A DNA stretch of 32,000 bases from Bellilinea caldifistulae (GCF_001306055.1 NZ_LGHJ01000008.1:1-32000), one strand, 5' to 3'. Counted from the first letter of the stretch, positions 1 to 9,671 are shown. Translations and numbers: made by a program. The notes: generated by a model from the sequence alone, not told the origin.

Positions 1-154
1 TGGAGGTGAAGAGGTCAAATCAAGATACACAGCCCCTTTATTTTAGGGTGGATACCCCATCGGGTGCGGCTTTTCCACCCCTCAAACAGCCTGCTCGGCG
101 TATTACGCTTGATTTTTCAACTCTCTCAATATGGGTTTGGTTGAACGTACAAAC

Positions 155-790
155 TTAATTGTTTTTCCATTGTTCTGCGGCGGTGCGCAACAATAGATAA
201 GAGGATGTGGCACCGGGATCCTGATGACCCGCACTGCGTTCGCCGAGGTAACTGGCACGCCCTTTACGGGCAACCAGCGGGATGGTGGCTTTCATGCCTT
301 CCTCGGCGGCGCGGGCAGAGCGCTCCAGAGCATCGCTGAGAGTGGTGCCATTCTCAGCGGCTTGTTTGAGTGCGTTCAGAGCCGGCACCAGCGCGTCAAT
401 CATGGTCTTGTCGCCCAGTTCGGCTTTGCCACGCATCTTGACGCCATTGACGCCGGCTTCGAGTGCATCAATCCAGTCCTGAAGCGTCAATTCCATCTTA
501 CCCGTGGTCTTCATCCCAGCCTGGAGAAATATGGTGGAGTAGAGCGGCCCGCCCGCTCCCCCAACTGTGGAGAGGAGTGTCATACCCACTGTTTTGAAAA
601 TGGTGCCGATGTCCTTATCCCGCATCTCCGGCATCTTTTTCATCACAGCCTGAAAGCCGCGGTCCATGTTGGCGCCATGGTCGGCATCGCCAATGGCGGC
701 ATCCAGTTGGGTCAGGTAGTCGCGATTCTCCGCCAGTATTTCAGCGTAGCGTGTAATCCATTCCAGTACGTCATCACGTGTAATTACCAT
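155..790 (-). CDS. dhaL: Dihydroxyacetone kinase ADP-binding subunit DhaL
   Basis: ORF 155..805. Carries the Dak2/DhaL signature LDAAIGDADHGANMDRGF and a glycine-rich GGAGGPLY segment. Start moved to ATG 790, which has GGAG 7 nt upstream and gives about 211 aa. Lies directly downstream of dhaK. Confidence 0.88.
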   Translation of the reverse strand: MVITRDDVLEWITRYAEILAENRDYLTQLDAAIGDADHGANMDRGFQAVMKKMPEMRDKDIGTIFKTVGMTLLSTVGGAGGPLYSTIFLQAGMKTTGKMELTLQDWIDALEAGVNGVKMRGKAELGDKTMIDALVPALNALKQAAENGTTLSDALERSARAAEEGMKATIPLVARKGRASYLGERSAGHQDPGATSSYLLLRTAAEQWKNN

Positions 791-850
791 AGACTTCTCC
801 ATCAAACAAGCCAGGCAGAGCCAGCGGGTAAACCTGGCTTTTCAGGATTT

Positions 851-1852
851 TTAGACGCCCCAGCGCAGTCCGGGGGTTTTGACGGGTGCATCCCACAGTT
901 TGATCAGGTCATCGTCCATCTTCAGCATGGTGATGGACGTGCCAGCCATTTCCAGACTGGTGATGTACGGGCCGATCAGATTGCGAACGACCTTCAAACC
1001 GTGCTTGGTGGCGATTTCGTAGGCCTTGCGATAGACAATGTAGAGTTCGATTAGCGGTGTACCGCCCATGCTGTTGACGAACAGCAACACTTCATCACCG
1101 GCTTTGTAAGGCAAATCCGAGATGATCGGTTCCATCAGCATTTCGACAATTTCGTCGGCGGGTTTGATCTTCATGCGGGTGCGGCCCGGTTCACCGTGAA
1201 TGCCGATGCCGATTTCCATCTCGTCTTCCGGCAAATCGAAGGTGGGTTTACCGACATGCGGCACGGTGCAGGACGTGAGCGCCATGCCCATGCTGCGACC
1301 CCAGCCGTTGACTTTGCGGCAAATATCGGCAACTTCCTTCAACGAGCGGCGCTGTTCAGCGGCGGCACCGCAGATCTTTTCTGCCAAAACGGTGGTGCCA
1401 ACCCCGCGGCGTCCGGCGGTGTAGAGACTGTCCTGTACGGCCACATCATCATCAATGACCACCGATTCGATTTCGATGCCTTCGGCGCGCGCCAGGTCGG
1501 CGGCCATTTCAAAGTTCATGATATCGCCGGTGTAGTTCTTGACGATGTGCAGCACACCTGCCCCGCCATTGACGGCTTTGGTGGCTTCCAGCATCTGGTC
1601 TGGGGTGGGGGAGGTAAACACCGCCCCTGGGCAGGCTGCATCCAGCATCCCCAAGCCGACAAAACCGCCGTGCATCGGTTCGTGGCCAGATCCGCCGCCG
1701 GAGACAATGCCCACTTTTCCTTGAATGGGCGCATCTGCGCGGACAATGAAATTCGGGTCAAAATGGACTTTGACGAGATCGGGATGAGCAACTGCAATCC
1801 CCTCCAGCTCCTCCTTCACTACGTCTTCGGGTTTATTGATTAACTTTTTCAT
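851..1852 (-). CDS. dhaK: Dihydroxyacetone kinase subunit DhaK (Dak1 domain)
   Basis: 333 aa ORF with typical Dak1 segments ([26 protein letters not shown]). Has an SD-like AAAGGAAA before the ATG and is adjacent to dhaL and glpF. Confidence 0.9.
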   Translation of the reverse strand: MKKLINKPEDVVKEELEGIAVAHPDLVKVHFDPNFIVRADAPIQGKVGIVSGGGSGHEPMHGGFVGLGMLDAACPGAVFTSPTPDQMLEATKAVNGGAGVLHIVKNYTGDIMNFEMAADLARAEGIEIESVVIDDDVAVQDSLYTAGRRGVGTTVLAEKICGAAAEQRRSLKEVADICRKVNGWGRSMGMALTSCTVPHVGKPTFDLPEDEMEIGIGIHGEPGRTRMKIKPADEIVEMLMEPIISDLPYKAGDEVLLFVNSMGGTPLIELYIVYRKAYEIATKHGLKVVRNLIGPYITSLEMAGTSITMLKMDDDLIKLWDAPVKTPGLRWGV

Positions 1853-1960
1853 GCTGTATTTCCTTTCTACACAAGAAACTTTTGCGGTGTGCCACTACCT
1901 GTCAGCGGGGCGAAGGTGGGCCTGCTTCTACTTGCAAAGCAGGCCCTGATGATGACGAAA

Positions 1961-2755
1961 CTAATCTTTCTTGGGGGGCAGTTGAGCGGTGACCAGGGCG
2001 TCATAAATGACCGCGCCGAGGATACCGCCAATGATCGGCATGATCACCGGGGCAACCAGCCAGTAAATGCCATCGAACAAGCCCTGAGTTCCGACCAGCG
2101 CGCCAAAGATGCGGGGGCCGAGATCACGGGCGGGATTGATGGCGTAACCGGAGGGGCCGCCAAGGCTCAAACCGACCGCCAGAACCGTACCACCGACCAG
2201 GAACGGCCCCATGTTGAATTTAAGGCCGAGGTTGCGTTCATCTCCGCTGGCTAATACACCCATCAGCAGCACCGCCGTACCCACAATTTCTGCGATGCTG
2301 GCGTTGACCAGCGAGTAGGCCCCAACCGAGCCGCCTCCCGTTCCGCCCCAAAAGGCCTGACCGAACACCGAACCCGGCCCGGTGCACCATACATTTGGCA
2401 TACCGGCGGCTTGCAGACCTTCCATGTAGACCAGATAGACACCCAGTGCGCCAAGGAACGCACCAACGAACTGGCCGAGGATGTAGGTGGGGACTTTCGA
2501 CCATGAAAAGCCACGTTTGACTGCCAGAGCGATGGTCACGGCGGGGTTGAGATGTGCGCCGGAAACGCCAGCCGACACATACACCGCCACGATCACCGCG
2601 AAGGCCCAGCCGATGGTGATGGTGTTCCAGTTGTAGGCGGGGGAAGCCAGACGCGGGGCAAGACCAACGTTGGCGACCACGCCATCACCCAACAAAATCA
2701 GCGTGAATGTTCCAATGACTTCGCCGAGGAATTCACTTAAACCTCTTGATTTCAT
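1961..2755 (-). CDS. glpF: Aquaglyceroporin / glycerol uptake facilitator (MIP family)
   Basis: 264 aa hydrophobic ORF with both MIP NPA boxes (HLNPAVT and INPARDLGPR). AAAGGAGAG precedes the ATG. First gene of the glpF-dhaK-dhaL string. Confidence 0.9.
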   Translation of the reverse strand: MKSRGLSEFLGEVIGTFTLILLGDGVVANVGLAPRLASPAYNWNTITIGWAFAVIVAVYVSAGVSGAHLNPAVTIALAVKRGFSWSKVPTYILGQFVGAFLGALGVYLVYMEGLQAAGMPNVWCTGPGSVFGQAFWGGTGGGSVGAYSLVNASIAEIVGTAVLLMGVLASGDERNLGLKFNMGPFLVGGTVLAVGLSLGGPSGYAINPARDLGPRIFGALVGTQGLFDGIYWLVAPVIMPIIGGILGAVIYDALVTAQLPPKKD

Positions 2756-3000
2756 CTTCGATCTCTCCTTTCAAGGATTTGAAAAATTGGGAAACAGCAG
2801 GAAACCAAGGACAGAAATGGAATGTATCTCTTTCCGTGCAACCTCCTTGTTATGATTTGGATTGTTGAGAAAAGACCGATAGGAACTTGCAAAAAAATAC
2901 CGCTGTCTGGATGGGGTTCCTAACGAGCGGTATCTCTTGCCGGAAGGGAGGGAATAACCAATAATCCTTGAGCTGCAACCTGCCAGCTCATCATATCGGA

Positions 3001-3016
3001 GCAAAGCCCCTGCCAA
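3001..3016 (-). promoter_or_regulatory. Sigma-54-type -24/-12 element candidate (TGGCAG-N5-TTGCT) upstream of glpF
   Basis: The minus strand reads TTGGCAGGGGCTTTGCT, with correct GG-N10-GC spacing. It lies 119 nt after the regulator stop and about 245 nt before the glpF ATG. The adjacent regulator lacks a GAFTGA loop, which weakens this call. Confidence 0.3.
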
Positions 3017-3109
3017 TAATTGCGCGTAAATGTCCAAAAATTAAACATCGCCCTTAATTGTACGGCACTTAACCAACGGGTCAACTTTTGTGCAATTTTT
3101 GGTTCGGAA

Positions 3110-3147
3110 TGAAACAGATATCTTAATAAGTGTTTCAATTTGAAACA
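3110..3147. promoter_or_regulatory. TGAAACA half-site cluster / 8-1-8 palindrome (possible activator binding site)
   Basis: TGTTTCAA-T-TTGAAACA is a perfect palindrome at 3131..3147 that spans the regulator stop codon. An extra TGAAACA lies at 3110..3116. The cluster sits about 95-145 nt upstream of the -24/-12-like motif. Confidence 0.25.
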
Positions 3148-5126
3148 TTGAGTGATTTTGTGTTGCGAATGCGGAATTCTTCCGGGGATAAATTCATCTG
3201 CTTAAAGTAGCGCCAGATGGTCGTCCGGCCGATCCCCAGCATCTCCGACATGCGGGTGACATTCCCCTGACAGTACTGAGCGGCCTGCAGGATGGCGCGT
3301 TTTTCCAGTTCTTCCAGCGGCAGGATTCTGCCGTCCTCGCGCGGCAGGCTGAGATCGCTTTCCCCGATTGCCTGCAACTGAGGCAGATGGGCGGGGGTAA
3401 TCAGCCGGCTCGGGCTGGCCTGGACGGCAGCGCGGGTCAACACCGACTCCAGCTCGCGCACGTTGCCGGGCCAGTGATAGGCCTTGAGCAGGCTGAGCGT
3501 TTCGCGGCTGAGAGTCAGAGGATGTCCCACCTGTTTGGACAACCGTTGGAGAATTTGTTCGATCAACAGGTCTAAATCCTGCTTGCGTTCGCGCAGGGGC
3601 GGCAGCACAATTTCAAATGAACTGAGACGGTAAAGTAAATCGGCGCGGAAGTTGCCCTCGCGTACCAGATGCTCCAACGGAGCGGAGCTGGAGGCGATGA
3701 TGCGTACATCCACCTCGATGGGTTTGCGGCTGCCGATTTTCTGAATGATGCCCAATTCCAGAAAGTTGAGCAAAACGCTTTGCGCCTCGAGCGGCAGTTG
3801 ATCCACATCCTGCAGGAACAACGTGCCGCCGGCAGCCAGCTCGAACTTGCTGGTGATCGGCGCGCCGTCGTGATTGCCTTTTTCACTGCCGATCAGTTCG
3901 GTTAGCGCCAGTTCACTGGGGACTGCGGTACAGGCGAAGACCACAAACGGAGCCTGGCTGCGCTGGCTGTGGTAGTGGATGGCGCGGGCGAGCAGGTTTT
4001 TACCCGTACCCGGCTCGCCGCGGATCAGCACACAGCCACGGGCAGCCGCGGCGCTGCGCGCCATGCGCCGCACCCGCCGGATAGCGGGTGATTCGCCGAT
4101 CAGATTTTGCAGGTCGAAGGTGGGTGAGCTGACCTGCCTTTGGACGTACTCGCGCAGGGTCTTGACCGGGCGCAAGACGGCAATGGCTGAACGCAGCCCG
4201 TGCCGGCCGTGAATGTACTGCAAACTGAGCAAGCAGTTGATTGGTTCGCCGGCAGCGGTCAACTGGATCTCAAGATCGGTGATCGGGATGAGTTTTTGAA
4301 GGGCGTCTTGAATCACGCGCGGGAAACGGATGTAAGCATCCAGCTTGGAGCCGAGCAGGCTATCCGGTTTCACCCGCAGGATGTTGGCGGCGGTGGGGTT
4401 GGCGTGCAGAATGGTGCCCTCCGCATTCCACACGAGGATACCCTCCTGGATGCTGGAGAGGATGGCATTCAGACCGGTAAGCTGATTGTTCTGTTCTTCC
4501 AATAACTGGTCGGCTTGGCGTTGGGCTTCGATGGCTCGGGCAGCGGCAGTAACCATGCCGAGCGAATGCGGGTGAAGATGTCCGCGCAGGGTGATGATTC
4601 CCAGCGCCCCGATTAACTTACCGGAAGTATCGAAAACCGGGGCAGCGGCGCAATCATACTGGTGGAACGGCTGGCGGAAATGTTAAAATCCCAGCACATA
4701 TTGCGGCATTCTTTCGAGCAGGCTTAATCCAATTCCGTTGGTGCCAATTTCTCCCTCGGCCAGCAAGGTGCCGGGAGTGATACCCATTCGCTCGAGCGCC
4801 GCCATGATGTTGGCATCCCCCACGGTATCCAGCAGATAGCCCACGTTGTTGGCAAACACCACCGCCGAATTGGAGTTTTCGATGTATTGATAGACATCTT
4901 CCATGACCGGACGGGCTATGGCCATCAGGTCAAAGTGATTCACCTGGATGGAAAGTAAGTGCTCGGCAGAGAGATGGGGCGGGCGGTGTGGGGAGTAAGG
5001 ATCCACGCGCGCCCAGCAGCGTTCCCAAGAGGCGGCAATCACCGGGCGCACAGGAGGCATAAGGACGTGGTTGGTGACGAACGCAATCCAGGCTTGCTGG
5101 ATTTCCTCACCCGGTTGATGGCTCAT
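3135..5126 (-). pseudogene. dhaR: DhaR/AcoR-type transcriptional activator (GAF-like N-domain, PAS, AAA+, Fis-type HTH) interrupted by an in-frame TAA
   Basis: ORFs 4683..5126 and 3135..4556 are in the same frame. My hand translation of the gap reads ...QYVLGF*HFRQPFHQYDCAAAPVFDTSGKLIGALGIITLRGHLHPHSLGMVTAAARA, a continuous AcoR-type N-domain broken only by TAA at 4683..4685. Walker A is GEPGTGKN, the C-terminal HTH is GIGRTTIWRY, and GAGAGGAG SD precedes ATG 5126. Confidence 0.75.
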
Positions 5127-5358
5127 TGACTTCTCCTCTCCCGAAGTATGGAATAGAAACGAATCAACCCCAATATATTCTAGCCGATAGCGCCTTCAGA
5201 TTCAATAACCAACTTTTTGGGGAATGGAGCCGATTGAACTCTGACTTGATCTGGATGCGGTTGTATTTGGGTGAAGTAGTGTTGTTTTATGAATGAGTAG
5301 TTGTTTGATCAACCAGTGATAAATTTAGACCTTACAAATCAGTATATTCATTTCAGTC

Positions 5359-5387
5359 TTGACAGAAATGATGAATGATTGTAGAAT
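5359..5387 (+). promoter_or_regulatory. Sigma-70-type promoter TTGACA-N17-TAGAAT
   Basis: TTGACA lies at 5359..5364, followed by a 17 nt spacer and TAGAAT at 5382..5387. This is about 45 nt upstream of the GbsR-type gene. Confidence 0.6.
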
Positions 5388-5432
5388 AAAAAAGTCCCTG
5401 ATGGACGGCTTGGTCCTTTTTAATTTCAAGGA

Positions 5433-5954
5433 GTGATGAATCGTATGGTTTCAGACGAAACGGATAGTGGTGATAGTACCCCTCCCATATCGGGAGACCT
5501 GACCACCCTATCCCAGTTCATTGAAAATATGGGATTGCACTTTGAGGAGTACGGCATTCCTCGCATCGGTGGCAAGATTCTCGGGCTGCTGTTGATTGCC
5601 AGCCGACCGGTTTCGCCGGAAGAGATGGCCGAAGTGTTGCAGGTCAGCCGCAGCAGCATCTCCACCAATCTCCGAACGCTGTTGATGGCTGGGCTGGCAG
5701 AGCGGGTTTCTCTGCCCGGAGAGCGCAGCGATTATTATGTGTTCTCTGACGAGGCGTGGGAAAATTCGCTGGAGATGCGTCTGGAAAGCATTCAGAACCT
5801 GCGCGAAATGGCGGAAGAAGGCCTGCAAGGACTGGCAGACAATCACCCGGCCCGCCAGCGGATGGATGAGATCATCGAGTGGACCGATTTGCTGGAAAAG
5901 TCGTACGAGAAAATTTTACAGGAATGGCAATCCCGCCGAGAGATACCAGCCTGA
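5433..5954 (+). CDS. GbsR/MarR-family winged-helix transcriptional regulator
   Basis: The segment IGGKILGLLLIASRPVSPEEMAEVLQVSRSSISTNLRTLLMAGLAERV is typical of GbsR-type wHTH proteins. The start is ambiguous: GTG 5433, ATG 5436 or ATG 5445, with AAGGAG at 5428..5433. Confidence 0.75.
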   Translation: MMNRMVSDETDSGDSTPPISGDLTTLSQFIENMGLHFEEYGIPRIGGKILGLLLIASRPVSPEEMAEVLQVSRSSISTNLRTLLMAGLAERVSLPGERSDYYVFSDEAWENSLEMRLESIQNLREMAEEGLQGLADNHPARQRMDEIIEWTDLLEKSYEKILQEWQSRREIPA

Positions 5955-5985
5955 TGGTGTAGATGGCGCATGACCGCCTCCTTTG

Positions 5986-6020
5986 ACCGGCTGGTATCTC
6001 GACACCAGCCGGTGTTTTTT
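5986..6020 (+). terminator. Rho-independent terminator / attenuator between the regulator and the ABC genes
   Basis: A perfect 10 bp stem pairs ACCGGCTGGT (5986..5995) with ACCAGCCGGT (6004..6013), followed by GTTTTTT. Its 5' arm overlaps an alternative 12 bp pairing with 5940..5951. Confidence 0.6.
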
Positions 6021-6050
6021 ACCGGTAATTGACGGACAAGGAGGTTGAAA

Positions 6051-6953
6051 ATGCGCTACCTCGTACTGCGTACCGAAAATTTAACCAAAGAATTTCACCG
6101 CCGCCCGGCGCTTTGTGGGGTGACGCTGGAAGTTGACCCGGGAGAAGTGTTCGGCTTGCTTGGGCCATCCGGCTCCGGTAAATCCACCCTCCTTCATATT
6201 CTCCTTGATTTTATCCGTCCCTCTCATGGTCAGGCACTGGTCTTAGGCATGGACTGCCAGCGCAACGGGCTGAAAGTACGGCGGCTGGTGGGCTATTTAC
6301 CGCAAAATCTGACATTGCCCAAGGGGATCACTGCCGGTCAACTGCTGGAACGCTTTGCAGCTTTGCGTGGTGGTGTGGAAATGACTTTTGCCGATGAACT
6401 GGCGGCGCGTTTTCAACTCAATTTGGAATTGCCGTGTGAACGGCTCTCACCGGGCGAACGTCGGAAAATCGGTCTGGTGCAGGCTTTTATGCACCGTCCT
6501 GAATTGATTCTACTGGATGAACCTTCCCGTGATCTGGATACGGCTGCTCAGAGGGAACTCTACCGATTAATTGCCGAATTTCGCGCCGAAGGCCGTTCGG
6601 TGGTGATGGCTTCTCAATCTATCTCCGAGATGGAGCGGATTTGTGACCGGGTCGCCGTCTTTTACCGGGGACGGATTATTGCTGTGGAACGCGGCGCCCA
6701 ATTGCGCGCTCGCGCCATCCGCAAAATTGAAATGCGCTTTGCCAACCCGATCAACCCGCAGATTTTCATAGGTTTGAACAATATCAATCAACTGGTCTGT
6801 GATCAGAACAAGGTGTACTGCACGGTACAGGGAGACCCGGATGCTTTGCTGAAAACGGCCACCCAGTTCCGCGTGCTGGATATCATCAGCCAGCAGCCCA
6901 GCCTCGAAGAGGTCTATCAAACCGTCTACGGCATTCCAGCCTATGCGACTTGA
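6051..6953 (+). CDS. ABC transporter ATP-binding protein
   Basis: Walker A is GPSGSGKST, the ABC signature is LSPGERRKIGL and Walker B is LILLDEP. GGAGG lies 7 nt before ATG 6051 (the ORF track starts at TTG 6045). Confidence 0.88.
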   Translation: MRYLVLRTENLTKEFHRRPALCGVTLEVDPGEVFGLLGPSGSGKSTLLHILLDFIRPSHGQALVLGMDCQRNGLKVRRLVGYLPQNLTLPKGITAGQLLERFAALRGGVEMTFADELAARFQLNLELPCERLSPGERRKIGLVQAFMHRPELILLDEPSRDLDTAAQRELYRLIAEFRAEGRSVVMASQSISEMERICDRVAVFYRGRIIAVERGAQLRARAIRKIEMRFANPINPQIFIGLNNINQLVCDQNKVYCTVQGDPDALLKTATQFRVLDIISQQPSLEEVYQTVYGIPAYAT

Positions 6954-7692
6954 TCTATTGCGGGATCTCTGGCTGGAAAGAAGGCGCCGCTTCGCCTTCT
7001 GGTGCATAATGGTTGTGGGCTGGAGCGGGGTATGTGGATTGCTTTTTCCGGTGCTGGTGGATGAAATCTGGGTTGAAGTGGTGATGGATTGGTTCAACCC
7101 CGCTCTGGATCTGCAACAGGGTTACTGGTTGGTGGCGCTTCCTGCTGTGGGGTTACCGGTTCTTGGCGGATCGTTTGCTTTTTTGGAAGGAGGATCGCTC
7201 TTCAAGGGGCAGACGGTGCGCCATGCAATTGCCTTTTTGCTGGCTTACCCGCTGCCGCGCTGGCAGGTCTATTTCAGTCGTCTGGCATATCTCCTGTCGG
7301 CGTGCTTTTTGTTGACCGTGGCCGGTTATCTTAGCGGAAGCGGTATGATTCTCCTGACCGGCTATCCGCTGCCGGCCGGGTTGTCTGGGTTGTTGCCCGG
7401 TACCTTTTTGCTGATCCTGCTGTTGGGGGAATTGGGGGTTCTGTTTGGCATGTTGAGCAAATCTTTCTGGCTCGATCGGCTGGCAGGCATCGTCTTTCTG
7501 TTTTTGGTTTACCTGCCCTTTGGGATGAGGTCGGGTTCTGGATGGGTGCGGTATTCGCCCTTATTCTATGTGCTGGGTGAATCACCGCTGATGGGTGGAG
7601 TTGATGTGGTAAATTTGCTCGTGCTGAGTCTGTTGTGTGTGGCTGGCGGGCTGGCAGGCGGTTACGTGTTTGAGCGGTTGGAATTGGAGTGA
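6943..7692 (+). CDS. ABC-2-type transporter permease (multi-pass membrane protein)
   Basis: 249 aa strongly hydrophobic ORF. Its ATG overlaps the ATPase stop by 11 nt, indicating translational coupling. Confidence 0.7.
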   Translation: MRLDLLRDLWLERRRRFAFWCIMVVGWSGVCGLLFPVLVDEIWVEVVMDWFNPALDLQQGYWLVALPAVGLPVLGGSFAFLEGGSLFKGQTVRHAIAFLLAYPLPRWQVYFSRLAYLLSACFLLTVAGYLSGSGMILLTGYPLPAGLSGLLPGTFLLILLLGELGVLFGMLSKSFWLDRLAGIVFLFLVYLPFGMRSGSGWVRYSPLFYVLGESPLMGGVDVVNLLVLSLLCVAGGLAGGYVFERLELE

Positions 7693-8006
7693 ACTCTTCT
7701 TAACAAATTGCTAACCTGTTCTTTGAATACTCTTAATTCAAATCCTGTATGATAAATGCAGGCAGTCGTTGCTCATTCCTCCGGGCAAAGTCGTGCTCCT
7801 GGTGGGTAGGTGATACAGGGATAAGATAGTGGTAGAGACGGAAAGGCAGCCTGAGAAGGCTGTCTTATCCGTTTAAGAGGCGAAAGTCGAACGGCGGAAG
7901 TGATACATTTCGTTTTGAGGTGGGATTATTGTCAGGTATAATTTTTATAGACAAGAAAAGCCAGCCTGTTTTTTACCCGCTGCTTTTCTGGAAAAGGTAG
8001 GTTGCC

Positions 8007-8618
8007 ATGAATCCGCTGATGGATCCCAATGTTGCTTATGTTCTGCTCGTACTCGGACTGGTTTTAGGGATTCTGGCGCTGTTTTCCCCCGGCACCGGTT
8101 TGCTGGAAATTGGGGCTTTGTTTGCCATCGTGCTGGCAGGAATTGGGGCGCTCAGCCTGCGCATCAACCCATGGGCACTTGGGATTCTGGTGGTGGGAGT
8201 CGTGCCGTTTTATCTGGCTCTACGGCGTTCGCGCCACTGGATCTTTTTACTGCTCACCATTGCTGCCGTGATCGCCGGTTCGGTTTTTCTCTTTGAAACC
8301 GCCGAAGGTCAACCGGCGGTTAATTTCTGGCTGGCGCTGGTCACTTCGATTATAGTCATCCCCATTCTCTGGATTGTTGGACGAAAAGGAATTGAAGCCA
8401 TTGGACGCGGAAAGGATTTTGATCTTACCCGTCTGGTGGGAGCGATTGGGGAAGCCAAGACCGATATTCATCGCGATGGAGCCGTATATGTAATGGGAGA
8501 GGAATGGTCGGCATGGAGCGATGAGGAAATTCCGGCCGGCAGCAAGGTGCGTGTGGTCAGACGAGAAGGGTTGATTTTACAGGTTGAAAAAGTGGACGAA
8601 GAGTCAACAATCCCGTAA
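8007..8618 (+). CDS. NfeD-family membrane protein
   Basis: Has N-terminal transmembrane helices and a C-terminal OB-like NfeD tail (AVYVMGEEWSAWSDEEIPAGSKVRVVRREGLILQVEKV). Lies immediately upstream of an SPFH gene, the classic NfeD-stomatin pairing. Confidence 0.8.
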   Translation: MNPLMDPNVAYVLLVLGLVLGILALFSPGTGLLEIGALFAIVLAGIGALSLRINPWALGILVVGVVPFYLALRRSRHWIFLLLTIAAVIAGSVFLFETAEGQPAVNFWLALVTSIIVIPILWIVGRKGIEAIGRGKDFDLTRLVGAIGEAKTDIHRDGAVYVMGEEWSAWSDEEIPAGSKVRVVRREGLILQVEKVDEESTIP

Positions 8619-8684
8619 GGGATCATCACATCCGAAGGGCTGTGTTCAAAACAGCCAATTCAGTAAAAATGGAGGTTTGCAAAA

Positions 8685-9587
8685 ATGGAAGTCATCTATT
8701 GTCTGATTGGGATTGTCGTACTGGGGGCTTTGATCTTCCTCGGCACGGCGCTCAAGATTGTTCCGGAATATCAGCGGTTGGTGGTGTTCCGACTGGGACG
8801 CTGCATTGGCGCCCGCGGGCCGGGTCTGATCATCCTCATCCCCTTCATTGATCGGGCAGTGCGGGTGGATCTGCGCGAACAGGTGCGTGAAATCCCCGCC
8901 CAAACTTCGATCACCGCGGATAATGCTCCTATCTCGATTGACTTTTTGTGGTACTACAAGGTCTTTGACCCGGTACAAAGTGTGCTGCAGGTTGGCAACT
9001 TTGAAATGGCGGCCCAGGGTATTGCAACCACCACCCTGCGCTCGGTCATCGGCGGCATTATGCTCGACGGTGTGCTTTCAGAGCGGGAAAAGATCAATCA
9101 GGCTCTGCGCGTTCGCCTGGACGAAGTGACTGAACGGTGGGGTGTCAAAGTTACGAACGTGGAAATCCGCGAGATCATCCCGCCGCGGGATGTGCAGGAT
9201 TCGATGAATCGCCAGCTTGCGGCAGAACGAACTCGCCGGGCGGTGGTGACCGAATCGTCCGGTCAGCGAGAGGCAGCGGTGAACATTGCCGAAGGTGAGC
9301 GCCAGGCCGCCATTTTACGGGCGGACGGTCAGAAACAGGCCGCCATTTTGCAGGCAGAGGGTGAAAAACAGGCGCAATTGCTGCGCGCCGAAGGTTACGC
9401 AGCAGCGCTGGAGCGCATTTTCTCCGTTGCCAGTACTATAGACCAGAAGACGATGACCCTGCAGTATTTCGAAACTCTCAAAAACATTGGCGCAGGTCAG
9501 TCCACCAAGTTCATTTTCCCGATGGAATTCACCAGTTTATTAGGTGACTTTCTTAAAGGACGTTATTCCGCAGAAAATAAAGAATAA
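8685..9587 (+). CDS. SPFH/band-7 (stomatin/slipin-like) protein
   Basis: Has an N-terminal membrane anchor, an SPFH core (VPEYQRLVVFRLGR...IDFLWYYKV...) and an Ala/Gln-rich coiled-coil tail. GGAGG SD precedes the start. Confidence 0.88.
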   Translation: MEVIYCLIGIVVLGALIFLGTALKIVPEYQRLVVFRLGRCIGARGPGLIILIPFIDRAVRVDLREQVREIPAQTSITADNAPISIDFLWYYKVFDPVQSVLQVGNFEMAAQGIATTTLRSVIGGIMLDGVLSEREKINQALRVRLDEVTERWGVKVTNVEIREIIPPRDVQDSMNRQLAAERTRRAVVTESSGQREAAVNIAEGERQAAILRADGQKQAAILQAEGEKQAQLLRAEGYAAALERIFSVASTIDQKTMTLQYFETLKNIGAGQSTKFIFPMEFTSLLGDFLKGRYSAENKE

Positions 9588-9606
9588 TTTCCCCGACTGA
9601 GAAATC

Positions 9607-9649
9607 CCACCCGACGGTAACTGCATTCCTGGTCGGGTGGGTGCTTTTC
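9607..9649 (+). terminator. Rho-independent terminator after the SPFH gene
   Basis: The stem pairs CCCACCCGAC (9607..9616) with GTCGGGTGGG (9633..9642), followed by TGCTTTTCT. Confidence 0.6.
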
Positions 9650-9671
9650 TCCTGCTTTCCTTCCCCTTGCT

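Noticed and set aside
224-1054. 276 aa plus-strand ORF, and similarly 1196..1843 (215 aa), overlapping dhaL/dhaK
   Set aside because: These ORFs are antisense to genes with clear family signatures. Their products are Gly/Ala/Arg-rich with no motifs, as expected for shadow ORFs in G+C-rich coding DNA.
2887-2903. Second sigma-54-like motif (minus strand GCGGTATTTTTTTGCAA)
   Set aside because: The GG to GC spacing is 9 nt instead of the required 10, and the -24 region does not read TGGCAC.
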